From the NCBI RefSeq assembly GCF_009914755.1, contig NC_060929.1: DNA of 64,000 nucleotides; one strand, written 5' to 3'. Origin of the DNA: the human T2T-CHM13v2.0 reference genome, Homo sapiens. Position numbers and translations under genes: made by a program. The notes under the pieces were generated by a model. The model was not told the DNA's origin. It saw only the letters and a list, made by a program, of their open reading frames with translations, and did not search any database. Shown here piece after piece: positions 40,961-53,210 of this stretch; position 1 is the first letter of the stretch; each line of letters begins with the position of its first letter.

Positions 40961-41459
40961 AAGGACTGTTTCTTTCTTTAAAGCTTTCTTTGATCCTTTA
41001 AAATATATTGATGGTCACTGGGTCACATTCATGCAAACAGGAAGAAGAAACCTTTATTCATTATGCTGGATGAATGAATTGGGTGGGATTCCTATGGACA
41101 AATTAAATGAAAGCTTAGTAGCTTAAGAAATTATTCACCTATCATTTGGCTTTTGCCTCAACTTTAAGAAACATCACAGGGCGTTTTACTTACTACAGTC
41201 TTTACAGTGGTGCTATGAAGCTTAAATATCAAGCTGAAGGCCCCAGTGACTGATTTTCACTTTTGCTCATTACATTTGCAGTGAACATCCTAAGTAACGA
41301 AGTAACTAGCTAAAGTAAGCTTTTACTAGTAATAGTGTGACAGACATAGAGGAAATACCAAATGAATCACAAATAGGCTAAAGCAGAAGAACACAGATTA
41401 TCAGCTCAGTGTAAATTATAAACTTTGGGGCAATAAAAAGCCATAGTTAAAGTTTAAAA

Positions 41460-41685
41460 TATTTAAATGCCAGGCTCTGTGATGTGTCCTTTTCTTATTT
41501 AATCTTTATGTGGCGCCTTTAAGTTAGGCATTATTATCCTGGATTTACGAAGGTTTGCAAAGGAGGACATTGATACTTACAGGGATTAACATCGCATGTC
41601 AAAAGTCATAAAACTGTTACTTGACAAGGCTGGGATTTGAATGCAGGTTCATTTGACTCCTAACTTCTTGCTTTTTCCACAATGT
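41460..41685 (-). mobile_element. MIR
   Basis: TGCCAGGCTCTGTG...GGCTGGGATTTGAATGCAGG. Confidence 0.65.
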
Positions 41686-42354
41686 TATTAATGCTGCTTA
41701 TCAAAAAGAAATAAGATAAGCTTTATCTTAGGTATGTGGGGTCTCGACACATCCTATTCAAATTATCATGTGGATAGGAAGCTATTATCAATGTAAAACA
41801 ATTATATTTATCCATCATAGCGTGTAACCCTGAGACCTGGAAATTTAGGGGACAGAGAATGGGATGTGGAGTCAGAATACTTAAGTTTGAGCTCTTGTTT
41901 AAGTATTGGTTGGGGTCATGATGACACATTAAAAACTTGATTCCCAGTATACCTACCTGTACACTGACAGTAATAATGCCTTCTCTTATTTCTTGTTTGT
42001 TTATTCCTTCACTTTTAGCCTAATTTCCACTTTCATTTCCTTCCTCCTTACTCCCATAAGCAACCATTCTAATGTGTTTGATTGATGCTCATCTTTTAAT
42101 TTGTAATTATTCTTATAAAATGTGAATTAAAATGTTGTGTGTGTGTGGTTGCCATTAGGGCTCTCTACCTATATATTCCAGTTTCTTTCCTTCCAGTTAG
42201 GATCACAATTATCTACTTTTTTGAGGTTGGCCATGGCCATTTGACTTGTTTTGGCAATGAAATGTCAGTGTAATTGATGGGTGTCATTTCTGAGTGGATG
42301 CCTTTAAAAGCCAGGATATGATTCACCATATTTTCTTGCCCTTACTACAGTGAC

Positions 42355-42467
42355 CAATGGTATTATTTAAAAATGTATTACCTGGCACATACTTACACTA
42401 AAAAAGTATTTGCTTATCTGAAATTCAAAATTACCCAAGTGTCCTATGTTTTATTTGGCAATCCTAT
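42355..42467. mobile_element. MER53-like MITE fragment, following an MLT1 fragment at ~42140-42355
   Basis: CATACTTACACTAAAAAAGTATTTGCTTATCTGAAATTCAAA...TTTATTTGGCAATCCTA. Confidence 0.65.
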
Positions 42468-42673
42468 CTCCAGCAAAATCTTGTAGTTGTTACATTTTAG
42501 GGTTTCAAGATAACCTAATAGCAATAAAATCATTTACTATGTTCAATGTTATTTCAGAATTTAAAGCTTGTACCTCAGTAGCATTTTTATTTAATGTCAT
42601 TGTTTAGAACATGTGCAGGGATGTGAAGCAAAGATTGGACAAGTGAAACGTTTGTCAAAGGGGTGTTAAATAG

Positions 42674-43045
42674 TGTCTTAGTTGGCTCAAGCTGCAATGT
42701 CTTACTCTGTTTTGGCTGTTATAACAAAATACCATAAGTTGAGTGTCTTATAAACAATGGAAATTTATTTCTTACAGTTCTGGAGGCAGGAAAGTCCAAG
42801 ATCAAGGTGCTAACAGATTCGGTTAGATTCTTGTTCACAGGCGGCATCTTCTTTTTGTCTCCTCCTATGACAGAAGGGGCTACCTCCTTCAGGCTTCTTT
42901 TTTAAGGGCACTAATTCCATTCATGAGGACTCTGCTGTCATGAACCAGTCACCTTACAAAGGTCCTGTCACTTAAAATTATCACATTGGGGGTTAATATT
43001 TAAACATATGAGTTTAGGATACACACAAACATTTGGACCATAGCA
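42674..43045 (-). mobile_element. MaLR LTR (MLT1A/MSTD-like) with doubled 3' terminus
   Basis: AAAATACCATAAG...AAGTCCAAGATCAAGGTG...GGACCATAGCA; perfect TSD AATAG (42669-42673 / 43046-43050). Confidence 0.85.
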
Positions 43046-43115
43046 AATAGTAACCTATGCATTTGATGCCTCTGACCTAATGGGTCTTAAAGAAGCCGAT
43101 TATGCAGAAGGCATT

Positions 43116-43375
43116 TTAAAAAATTATAATTTCCACTTTTAATTTAAATTCAGAGGGTACGTGTGCACATTTGTTACATGGGTATATTGTGTGATGCTGA
43201 GGTTTTGGGTTTGATTGATACCATCACCCAGGTTGTGAGCATAGTGCGCAATGGTTAGATTTCAACCCTATTACCCCTCCCTCCTTCCCCCCTCTAATAG
43301 TTCCTAGTGGTTATTATTGCCATCGTTATATCCACAAGTATGCAGTGTTTAGCTCCCACTTATAAGTGAGAACAT
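43116..43375 (-). mobile_element. Short L1PA15/16-like 3' end
   Basis: GGGTATATTGTGTGATGCTGAGGTTT...TTAGCTCCCACTTATAAGTGAGAACAT; TSD CAGAAGGCATT/CAGAAGGCCTT. Confidence 0.88.
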
Positions 43376-45299
43376 CAGAAGGCCTTATTATAAGGACAGG
43401 GTGTGGCTATAAAGTCTGAAAACATGTTATTGATCATGTCATCTAAAATAATGTAATAGCAATAAACTACTTGTTAGCTACATTTGTTTATGTTTTCAGA
43501 CTTTGTGACTATCTTATAATTTCTCTGCTCTTCAGATTAAAAAAGAAACAGGACCTAAGCTTCAAACAGTTTAATCTTATTCTGTCAAAATTTCTCCCCT
43601 TCTTAGTGAAGTTCCTAAAGTACCTGCATAGAGGAGAAGGCAAAGGAAATGTGTGCTATTACTATAAGGCTTTTGCCTCAAATCTTAGTCTAGCCTCTTG
43701 GTGAGAAGGACTGGACCACATAAAAGTCTCATTTTTCCTAGATCAGTCAAGCTGAGCATATTGGTTACCTCGAAGCTAGTATCAAAGTTCTTCCTTTCCT
43801 AGCATTCCAGTGCAAGGAAAGATAAGCCAAAGGAAAGGAGAAAAAAATAAACCAGGATTCCTAGAACAGAGCTGATCTCTGCTCTCCAGGCGAAGCCCTC
43901 TCATTGCAGCACAGGGGTCCATGTTAGCACTTCAGCTGCCTAGGACAGAGTCCAGAGGGAAGAGATAGCACAGCACCAGAGCCTTGGGAACTTGGCTTCT
44001 CTGGTCCTTCACATAAAAAAACTCCAAATGACCAGCACCTGACATTGTTTCCCATGGGTGGCAAAACATTTATTTAACATCAAACTATATGTTTGTATCA
44101 TATTTTTTCAATTCAAAGAGACCCTAGACGCAAGTATGATGCACATAAAATTTACTATGTTTTTCAAGGTAAAAAAGAAGTAGTACATTAAATGTATACA
44201 TTAACTATAAAATCAAACTCAATTTCTCAACTGTTTTGTGAAGGGGCACAAATGATATTGGAAACAAGGAAGAGGGGAATACACTCACATATTTTTCTCA
44301 TAGTTACCAGTACTGTGCTTCTTCAGAGTGGGATGGAGAAGAGGAGGTGGAAAGAGTGGGGAGAGAAAAGGTGTTGAGGGCTTCTGCTGGGAGATGCACT
44401 ATCATGAGGAAACACACTGGAGGCCTTGGTGTGTCCTGGTGGTAAGTAGGGGGTAAGGGAGGAAGCACTCTCTTTCTTCATTTGTTTACTTCTAGTGTTT
44501 ATGGAGCTCTAATTATCCACCAGGCAATCTAGTTGCTGATGCTACAGTGGTGAAACAGTCGTCTTACTATAGGCTGCCATTCTGGTGGTGGGAGACCAAA
44601 AATACAAAATCATTTTTAAAAGGCACTGTACTTTTTCATAGCAATAAGAAAAACTGTTTAAAAACACAGATTTAGCAGAATAAAAAGAGGATTAAAATGT
44701 CAGTATTACAAAGAGCCTCTAACTATGGCCAAGGGACATCTTCTGCTGATAAATAAGCAAGGTACCTATTTCCTTTATTTTGTTACTGTGAGTGTCCACT
44801 GGTAGAATGCACTGGGTCCATTCCAGTAAGCAGGGCAGCCTTTACTTACTTCTGTAAGTCTACATTTATCCCAAGCAGACCATGTTCCAAAGATGAGTGA
44901 GTTTGTTTGAGTCTAAATGTTCTAGAGTCTCAGTGGCCTCAGTTATTATCTATGTAAGGGATAACTGCACTCTGCTTGTCCTGCCTCCATCCAGCCTTTC
45001 AGGTCCACATTACATCTCTACTGTGTATACACTTGAGCTCTTAAAGGTGCCTCATATTCTAGGCTGCTACTCAAGATCCCTCCACACACCTATGAGGAGA
45101 TGTTCTCTATGACAACCCTGCTGCTTGTGCTTGGACACACCATCCTGTCCCTAGCCATCTGCATGTGGTGGCTTATTCTTATTCTTCCTTATTCTCATCC
45201 TGCTATGTTGGCCTTGAGTCTTCTAGTTTATAACTCAGACAGCTACTGTAGACTTTCACCCTGATTGGTAGCAAACTTCCACTTCTAGCTCTTGTGCCA

Positions 45300-45462
45300 A
45301 CCTTGCTACTCAAAATGTGGTTCAAAAATCAGCAGCATTGGCAATACCTGGGCTTATTAGACATCACAATCTCAGGGCCCACTCTACACCCACTGGATTA
45401 GAATCCACATTTTTTGAGATCTCTAGGAGATTCATATGTACATTAGAGTGTGAGAAGCTATT
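45300..45462. mobile_element. MER5A1-like MITE
   Basis: GCTACTCAAAATGTGG...CAGCAGCATTGGCA...GATTCATATGTACATTAGAGTGTGAGAAGC. Confidence 0.8.
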
Positions 45463-45803
45463 CTAAACTTCACCACCTTACTCTGGACTCTGTATTAGTG
45501 TTCTATCAACTACTTCCAGCTTTCTATGAACAAAGGCATCATGTGCTGTCATTTGCAGTGTATTTGTTTGTGTGCTTTTTGTTTCTGTTTTTCCTTCTTT
45601 GATGTGTTTCATTCATTTGTTGTCTAAAATCTGACATTATTAAAACTCTGAAGAAACTGCATTATTTACCTCTAACTATCTCCCATATCTTAGTGCCGAG
45701 TAGAATAGATGTGGTTGGTGTACCTGTTCTTGTTACTTAGTACATTGATTTCTCTTGTTTTTTTCGCTCTCTCTTTCTCTGTCACTCTTTCTCCTCCTTT
45801 CTT

Positions 45804-45845
45804 ACATACACACACACATGCACATACACATACACAAACACACAC
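45804..45845. repeat. Imperfect (CA)n
   Basis: Read directly. Confidence 0.8.
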
Positions 45846-46734
45846 TTATTTCAATGAGGGCCACAAGAAGTATCTTCACTCAGTGCCACACAGCACAGAG
45901 ATATCTTAGAAGTAACTGACTGGAACACTCTATTAAAGGTCTCATGATGTATATTCTACCCACTGTATAAATACAGAAAGCTTTTGTTTCTAATTGACTT
46001 TGCAAATCTCTCAGAAGCTTCCTCCTGTGTGTGGGCTGCCTAGGATTGCAGGTTTTATTACATCTAGGAGTTATTCTTTCCTAGTATTCATTTAATTTAG
46101 CTGATTGTTTATAATTTGTTTCATCTGACTCATGCTTGATCTAATTTATTTTTTATTGTAAACACTTGAGGAAGAATCTCAAATAATCATTTTCTCCACC
46201 ACACTGTTACTTCCATTATACTTTTATCAAATTTTCTAAAGGATAGTAAAGTTTAAATTGAAGTTTAAATTGTTATATTTAAAGTGTTTTGTGGAAAAAT
46301 ATTCAGAGAACACCGTGTACACAGATCTGGTGGATTACTTGATACTTCCATTTGTTAGCTCTCTTTAGGAACAAAACCCCTAATTTTCTGCAATTACTCT
46401 GTCAACTCCGAATTTGCATTAATATTAGAAGCATCCCAATATAAAATTTGGGCTCAATTTCATGTGTTTCATTTTAGCCTGTGAACAGAGAAAACTACAC
46501 AGACCTCAATTTATGCTTTAGGAGACTTCAGTTACGGTGAGTAAGTTACTGCTAACTCATCGCCCATATTTAAGGGCCATGTAGTACGAATTTTGCTGTG
46601 ATGTTCTTCTGTTGGTTTAAGTCTGTGAAGAACTTGAAACACTCCCTTCCCTGGCCGCACTGACCCAGAGCTGCCCTTGTTGTTTTACTTTCTGTCTAGC
46701 AGCTTCCTTTCTGCTTCTTCTCTTCTCCTTAGGC

Positions 46735-46891
46735 TGCTATGATTTGCATGTATATGTCCCTCTGAAATTCATATGTTGGAACTTAAACTTTAAGGTGATG
46801 CTAATAAGACATGAGGACTTTTGGGAAGTGATTAAGTCATGAAGGCTCTGCCCTTATGAATGGGATTAATGCCCTTATAAGAGAGGCTTCT
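46735..46891 (+). mobile_element. 5' half of an MST/MLT1A-like LTR
   Basis: TGCTATG...AAATTCATATGTTGGAAC...ATGAATGGGATTAATGCCCTTATAAGAGAGGC; 3' half absent. Confidence 0.8.
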
Positions 46892-47014
46892 GAGGCTGTG
46901 ACAGGATGATCAACTAAGCCTTGGAGGTGGAGGCTGCAGTGAGCTGTGATCATGCCACTGCACTCCAGCCTGAGTGACAGGGCGAGTCTCTGTCTCAAAA
47001 AGAAAAAAATAAAA
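46892..47014 (+). mobile_element. AluJ right-arm 3' fragment
   Basis: GGAGGCTGCAGTGAGCTGTGATCATGCCACTGCACTCCAGCCTG plus A tail. Confidence 0.88.
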
Positions 47015-47329
47015 TATCATTCGTATCCATGGTTTCAAATATACATATGCATAGATGACTTACAGATCTTTGATTTGAGCCCCAGTCTTGTATATTGAGG
47101 GTCTGCATGGTATCTCCACTTGGATGTTTCAAAACAACTGAAACTGGATTAACAATTATCCCTGTCATATCTGCCTCTAGCTGGAGGAAACTCTGGGAAA
47201 ATTCCTCTGTGTTTTTTGTTGGCTTACAGTAATTCTGGGATGAGACTGCCTTTAGATAGTTACCAGCCCACTAATGCAAATGCTAATGGAATGCTTTTCC
47301 ATTCTGGAAAAGTATGAAATTGAAGAGCA

Positions 47330-47800
47330 GAGGCTACTGGTGCCTGTTCCACACTTTCTCATCCACCCGAAGTCATTTGCAGAGAGTTCCTATATATGCC
47401 CATGACTTCCTTTGTCTTTCTGTTTGAGGGCTTCCTTATGCCCAAAGGTAGGCTCAGCAGTACATCAGGAAGGCTGGTAGGGTTGGGCATTTAACACCCC
47501 AGGAACAGACTCTTCATCAATAAGGAATCAAAGTTGGTGAATAAACATCCCAGCTTTCTCACCAGTTGGAAGGAGAATTTTGAGTTGCGTTCATCATATT
47601 CTCTCAAAAGTCCCCAGTAGACAGAGACCTCAGGTGCTCATAGAAATAGCCACTCATTAAAATGCCTTTCATTGGCTTTCTACCATTTCCTCTCTTACTT
47701 TCCTACTCCCTTCTTGTGCTTCCTGGATCACCTCCAAAATAAATGATTTTCACCCACATTCTTTTCTTGGGGTGTGCTCTTGAAAAAACCCAAACTAAAG
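47330..47800 (+). mobile_element. LTR16-family ERVL LTR
   Basis: TAAACATCCCAGCTTTCTC...GATCACCTCCAAAATAAA...AACCCAAACTAAAG; 5' boundary approximate. Confidence 0.7.
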
Positions 47801-48098
47801 TGCTTAACATCCTTGGGGACCTACAACCCACTTAATAAACCTTTACTTCTCTTGCTTGCAAATAATATGTACTGACTAAGTTCCATATGAGTGACATTAT
47901 TGAGCATGACCCTACTCTGCATTTGGGGCAAAGGGCTTATGGAAAGCAGCATACAAAAATGAGTTGTTGTGTTTAGCTGAAAGGCATAGATGTGAGTTTC
48001 TTGGCATTAGGTATAATCATAAGTAAAAGAACCTTAAAATAGTAAGTAACCAGAGTGACAGCTCTTGGCCATCAGTGTTACCTAGTTTTCTTCTATTA

Positions 48099-48304
48099 CA
48101 GCATAGTTCAATAATTTCAGCAGTAATGGAAATACTCTAGATTTGCATTGGCCATTTTGGTAGCTACTAGCTCTGTGTGGCTAATTAGCGTTTGGAATGA
48201 GACTAATATTACCGAAGAACTGAATAATAAATTATATTTAATTTTCATAAATTTAAACTAAAATAACCACTTGTGGCTGGTATCTAGCATATTGGACAGT
48301 GCAG
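48099..48304. mobile_element. MER3-like hAT-Charlie MITE
   Basis: GGTAGCTACTAGC..TGTGGCTA...CCACTTGTGGCTGG...ATATTGGACAGTGCAG. Confidence 0.75.
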
Positions 48305-48309
48305 TTCTA

Positions 48310-48740
48310 GTGTTTCCTATCTTAGTGAGTGGTGCTGCCTTCCATTTGTGTGTTTTGTAAGTCAGAAACCTATGAATCCACCTTCACACCTCCCTCTCCT
48401 CCACATTCGATATACAATTTGTTTAACATCTGCTTATTATCTCTTATCTTTGGCTTCTTTCTACCCTCCCAGCCACCACTGGAAACCAAGCTACCATTTT
48501 CTCTCACTTTGACTATTGGAATAGCCCTTTAGTTTTCCTCCCTACATTCACTCTTGACCTCTTCTAATTGATGTGCAACCCTATGGCTTTTCAAATTACA
48601 AATTGTCATCCTCAACTCCTCAAGTAAAAACATTTTAATGGCTTCCCATTGACTTTAGGTTAAATCCCTACACTCTTAACATGGTCCCCCAAGGCCTCTC
48701 ATGGCCTGGCCCTTCTTACCTTTCTCCTAATTTCTCCTTC
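48310..48740 (+). mobile_element. L2 fragment (related piece at ~47015-47180)
   Basis: Pyrimidine-rich; AATGGCTTCCCATTG..TTTAGG.TAAATCC. Confidence 0.65.
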
Positions 48741-50574
48741 TTGGGATACATTTCTCATGAAGCAAAATAACAAGAAGAATAAAATTTCTATTTACTTCAT
48801 TTCTTAACCTACTCTTTGTCTTAATACAAATGATTATATATATATATGTATCTCAGGTACATATTTTAAGGTTATTAATAATTTTAGGAAAGTCATCTAG
48901 GCAGAGAGATTGGGAGGCAGAGAGGTTACAAAATCACATGTGTCACTCTAATGAAAAGCAAATCAGCTGTAACCACATAGGTCACTTTCCCTTTATTAAT
49001 ATGACTTTACTATTCCAATAAATTCTTGCCTAGGAAGATGAAATGAACATTCACCGTGCAAATTAAAGTGGTTTTTGTTTTTGTTTTTGTTTTTTTACAT
49101 GCTAATAGAAGAAAGCTCTGGCAACCAAATGTGTCGCTGTTACTGGATGGGGTTAGTGGTTGTGGTAGGTGAGAAGGTATTTATAAAAATCAAAAGAGAA
49201 TAAAAACTTTGAGAGAATAGTGAATTCAAAAGGGAATGAGAAAGAGGGGAACAAAATGAGAAAGGCAAAATTTGAGAGACTGATTCTTAACATCTTTTTA
49301 AAAGGAAGAGAATTCCCAGTTGAGATAGAGGAAGGTGTGGGGTGGAGATTGGGGGGTATCACTTTGAGCCTTTATCAATGTGAGTGGAGTTGTGCTGGAA
49401 GCACAATGGGGAGAAAAGTCTTGCCAAAGGACTTAATCTGGAGAACAGTAGCTGTAAAAGAGTTCCATCTGGAATTTAAGGAAGGTGACCTAGGGCTATA
49501 TTAGAAAATGTATATACACACACACACGCATGCACACTTAAACATATATATATTCCTTCAGTGACATATATCACTGGAGGAATTAAAGAAAGAGAAAAAT
49601 GAAGACAAAAAATGGATCTTATGTAAAAGAGAAAGTACTATATAGAAGAAACAAGGAATTTAAGAAAAGACTTCTGACTAGAAGGAAAGTAAAGTTGAAA
49701 AATAACAATGACAATGTAGAAAAGACAGAATAAAAGTAAAGCTGAGTTAAGTTATCCAAATGGGTTTGCGTGGATATTTAATTAACTTAATGTCATGTAG
49801 TGTGTACTCCAAAATTCCACTACAGTGAACATAGTTGGTGTGTACATGAGCTCACAGTTCACTTGAGACCCTTTAGTGGGGAAACCCCAGATACTTTTAT
49901 AAGGAGAGGAGAGATGACTTTAGAGAATAATTCAAAAGGAGTCACAAAGTATTTCTTAGAGAAAAAAGAGGTGAGGTCCCCAGAGGCCTCTTCCTTTGAG
50001 TTCATCTCCCGGTACCCATATTCTAACCCACGTCAGTTGTCATGCATCTTAGCCCACAGCATGCTTGAGAGCAGCAGCCCATGCTCCTGGGGCAATGCTG
50101 GAGCTCCATCCAGTCAGGCAGCTGGCTCCCCATCCCTTCCTTCTTCATTGAAAATCTTACCTCTACACTTCTTTTCAGGACCCTGAAGGGTTATGATTTC
50201 ATAATTTCTGATTAATTTTTCACAATCTTAACAATATACTTTTCTACCTCTCTCAATAGAAATCATATTTAAAGAGAAGAATCCTGGAGATATCATTGCC
50301 TCAGCCTAAAGAAAAGAATCAACAAAATAATGCTCTTGAAGCAGAAGGTGCCAATGGTGAAACCAGGAGGCAGAGAGTTTCAAAATCATATGTGTGTCAC
50401 TCTCATAAAAACAAAAACCAGCTGCAACCACAGAGCTCAGTCATTTTAATAATATGACTTTATTATTCCAAGAAATTCTTGCCTAGGAAGATTAAATTAA
50501 GAATAACTTTATTCTTAATTATTCAGGAAATATTCCTTATTTCTGGAACTTCTGGAAAATCCTTTTTTTTTTTT

Positions 50575-50942
50575 CTGAATAGACCTCTCAGCTAGCCTCA
50601 TTATCCCTTCTCAGTATGCCAGCTGTCTCAATGGCTCACCATACAACTGACTGCTACTCAAGACTCCATTCAAAATCTCACCTTGTTTCATCTGTCTTAC
50701 AACATTGTCATGACCTTTGCCCAATCCCAACCAAGTACCCTCCCCATACTTCCACCAGTGAAAGACTCACCTTAAATCAGACCCCCAGACCTCATGAAGG
50801 TCTTTGCCTGCTCACCCTCCCAGATGCTATTGAGACACTGTCAAGGGAATGGTCTTCCTTATTCCAGTAAGCAACAAACTTGTCTCAGCTTCGACCACAG
50901 TTTACTGAGGGTGATATCTTCAGGTAATCAGCAGCCAATACA
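50575..50942 (+). mobile_element. ERVL LTR 3' part (MER54/MER73-like)
   Basis: CCTTAAATCAGACC...GAGACACTGTCAAGG...CAGTAAGCAACAAACT. Confidence 0.5.
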
Positions 50943-51176
50943 CCTATGTGGTCTCCAGTGAGTGTTAAAAGTTGTGTGTGCAAAAATGTCACTCAAAACA
51001 TGTAGTTTGGAAATGAGAATTTTGTTAACTAAAAGGTGCAATGTTTGAACATGCTTACTGGCTTTACAGTGGAAAACCTGGGGTCAGAAAACGCACATCT
51101 CAACTGCTTACGAACAGCAGTTCTCAGAAGCTAGCAGAGAGTTGCTGCTCTCTCCAACTCACCCACCACCTCCAAC

Positions 51177-51939
51177 AGAAATGGGAAACGTTCCCTTGTT
51201 CCCCTCGCAGGACTTGTGAGAAGGGAAGTGGCTCGCTTCTTCAGTGCCCCGCTGCTCTAGGGGAGCATACAGACAGGCAGGCTCTGGGGCTCTGACCCCA
51301 CGGCAGCGTCTAGGGGTGGATGTTTACAGCTCCTGAAGCCCCAGTGGGAGTGTGTTACAGGGTGCTTTTTTAGTTTTGCCATCTATAGGCGGCTTGTGTT
51401 AACCAGCGCAATTAGACAATACCTTGTTGCAAGGACAGAGGGCTTTCTGTATCCCAGGTTCTTGCCTAGGTATACCGGAAGAATCGGATCACAAGTGGTC
51501 TTGGAGAGTGATTGCAAGGTTTTATTGAGTGGAAGTAGGTCTCAGCAGATGGGGGAGCTGGTAGGCAGATGGTTTTACCCTGGAGCCGGGCTGCTCCGTG
51601 GCCTGGGCTCTCTTCCCACTGCCCCAGCCAAACTCGAGTTGTTCTGCTGGTGGATGGCCTGCTGGCGTCTGTCGGTGTGCTCTTCCACCAGCATGCTCCC
51701 CTAGACGTCCTCCCAAAGTCCAGCCACTTGTGTGTCGGCCTGTTAAGGTCTCTGCGGGGGTTTGTAGACACAGAATGGGGCATGGCGGGCCAGGGTGGTC
51801 TTGGGAAATGCAACATTTATTTGGATTGCAAGGCAGGAGTACCTGTCCTCACCTAGGTCCGTGGGCACAGGCCCGGGGGTGGAGCCCTCACCAGGGACCT
51901 GCCGTTCTCCTAGCACTTCCCCGCCCTCCTCGCCTATCA
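51177..51939 (-). mobile_element. Solo ERV1 LTR, LTR1-family-like
   Basis: Minus strand starts TGATAGG...GGGCTCCACCCCCGGGCCTGTGCCCACGGACCTAGGTGAGGACAGG; perfect TSD CAAC (51173-51176 / 51940-51943); GC-rich. Confidence 0.8.
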
Positions 51940-52205
51940 CAACTGCATTGTAATTAGAACTTTGAAGCGCCAGAACTCTATTTCACTGTCACTTCATCCA
52001 TTACTAACTCTGGAAGTACAGAAATAATGAACATACTGGATGTTCATGAGGGGTGAAAAATATTTTAAAACTTTGAAGATTTATTTATTTGTTTGTTTAT
52101 AATTGGCACTTAGAGTAATGTCTTCACAGGAAGCACAGAACAATAGAAAATTACAGCCCATTAGGATGTGTAAAGAGATGGGATTAAAGATTGCGAAGGG
52201 TGTCA

Positions 52206-52534
<329 letters not shown>

Positions 52535-52974
52535 GTACCATTTTGTTGCAAAGCATAAATGGTTTCTTGAGAGCAGAAGAAAGTTTTATTTAACTTTTTT
52601 AGGATGGCCAGTCCTCTGTAATCAAATTGCAGCCTGCCAAGTTAGCAACTTCTTTTTATTGGGTGAATACTTCTGTGTCTACTGATGCAATTCTGAAAAA
52701 CGAACTTACTGTTGATTTGAAAATTTTCCATGCTTTTTATATCAGATTTTGTAATTTAGCTAGAACCCAGAAGTGCCATTGACCATAAAGTGGTTTTGAA
52801 ATAAATTTGTAATTTTGACTTAGGCTGCAACATGTTACAGGGATGTTTTCTTAATTCATTTTGCTGGAACCCAGTCAAGTCTTCCTCAAAGAACTCTACT
52901 TTGGCTACAGCAATATTATCTGTGAGAAAGATTTCTATTTAGACTTAATACATGGAAATAAGTAATGGAGACTG

Positions 52975-53210
52975 GCATTTATTAAGGCTTTATTAAAGGC
53001 TAGGAGGGCACTGTGCCCTTATTGGATTAAATCTTTGCAACATCCCTACAAAATATATGCTGTTGTCATCACAAGTGGCCCAACTGGTTACTTAAGGCTT
53101 TAAAAATTAAATATCCTGTCCAAGGTCACAAAGCTAGTAAGTGGCTATGTAGGATGCATCTCAGTTTTGCTTGGCCATGAAGTTCCTGCTTGCCACTACT
53201 ATGCTATACT
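52975..53210 (-). mobile_element. MIR
   Basis: TGTCCAAGGTCACAAAGCTAGTAAGTGGC core. Confidence 0.7.

Noticed and set aside
49800-50186. 128-aa ORF in non-repeat sequence
   Set aside because: GTG start, no recognisable domain or exon structure; compatible with chance
51396-51957. Overlapping ORFs of up to 119 aa
   Set aside because: Essentially within the LTR1-family LTR; composition artefact
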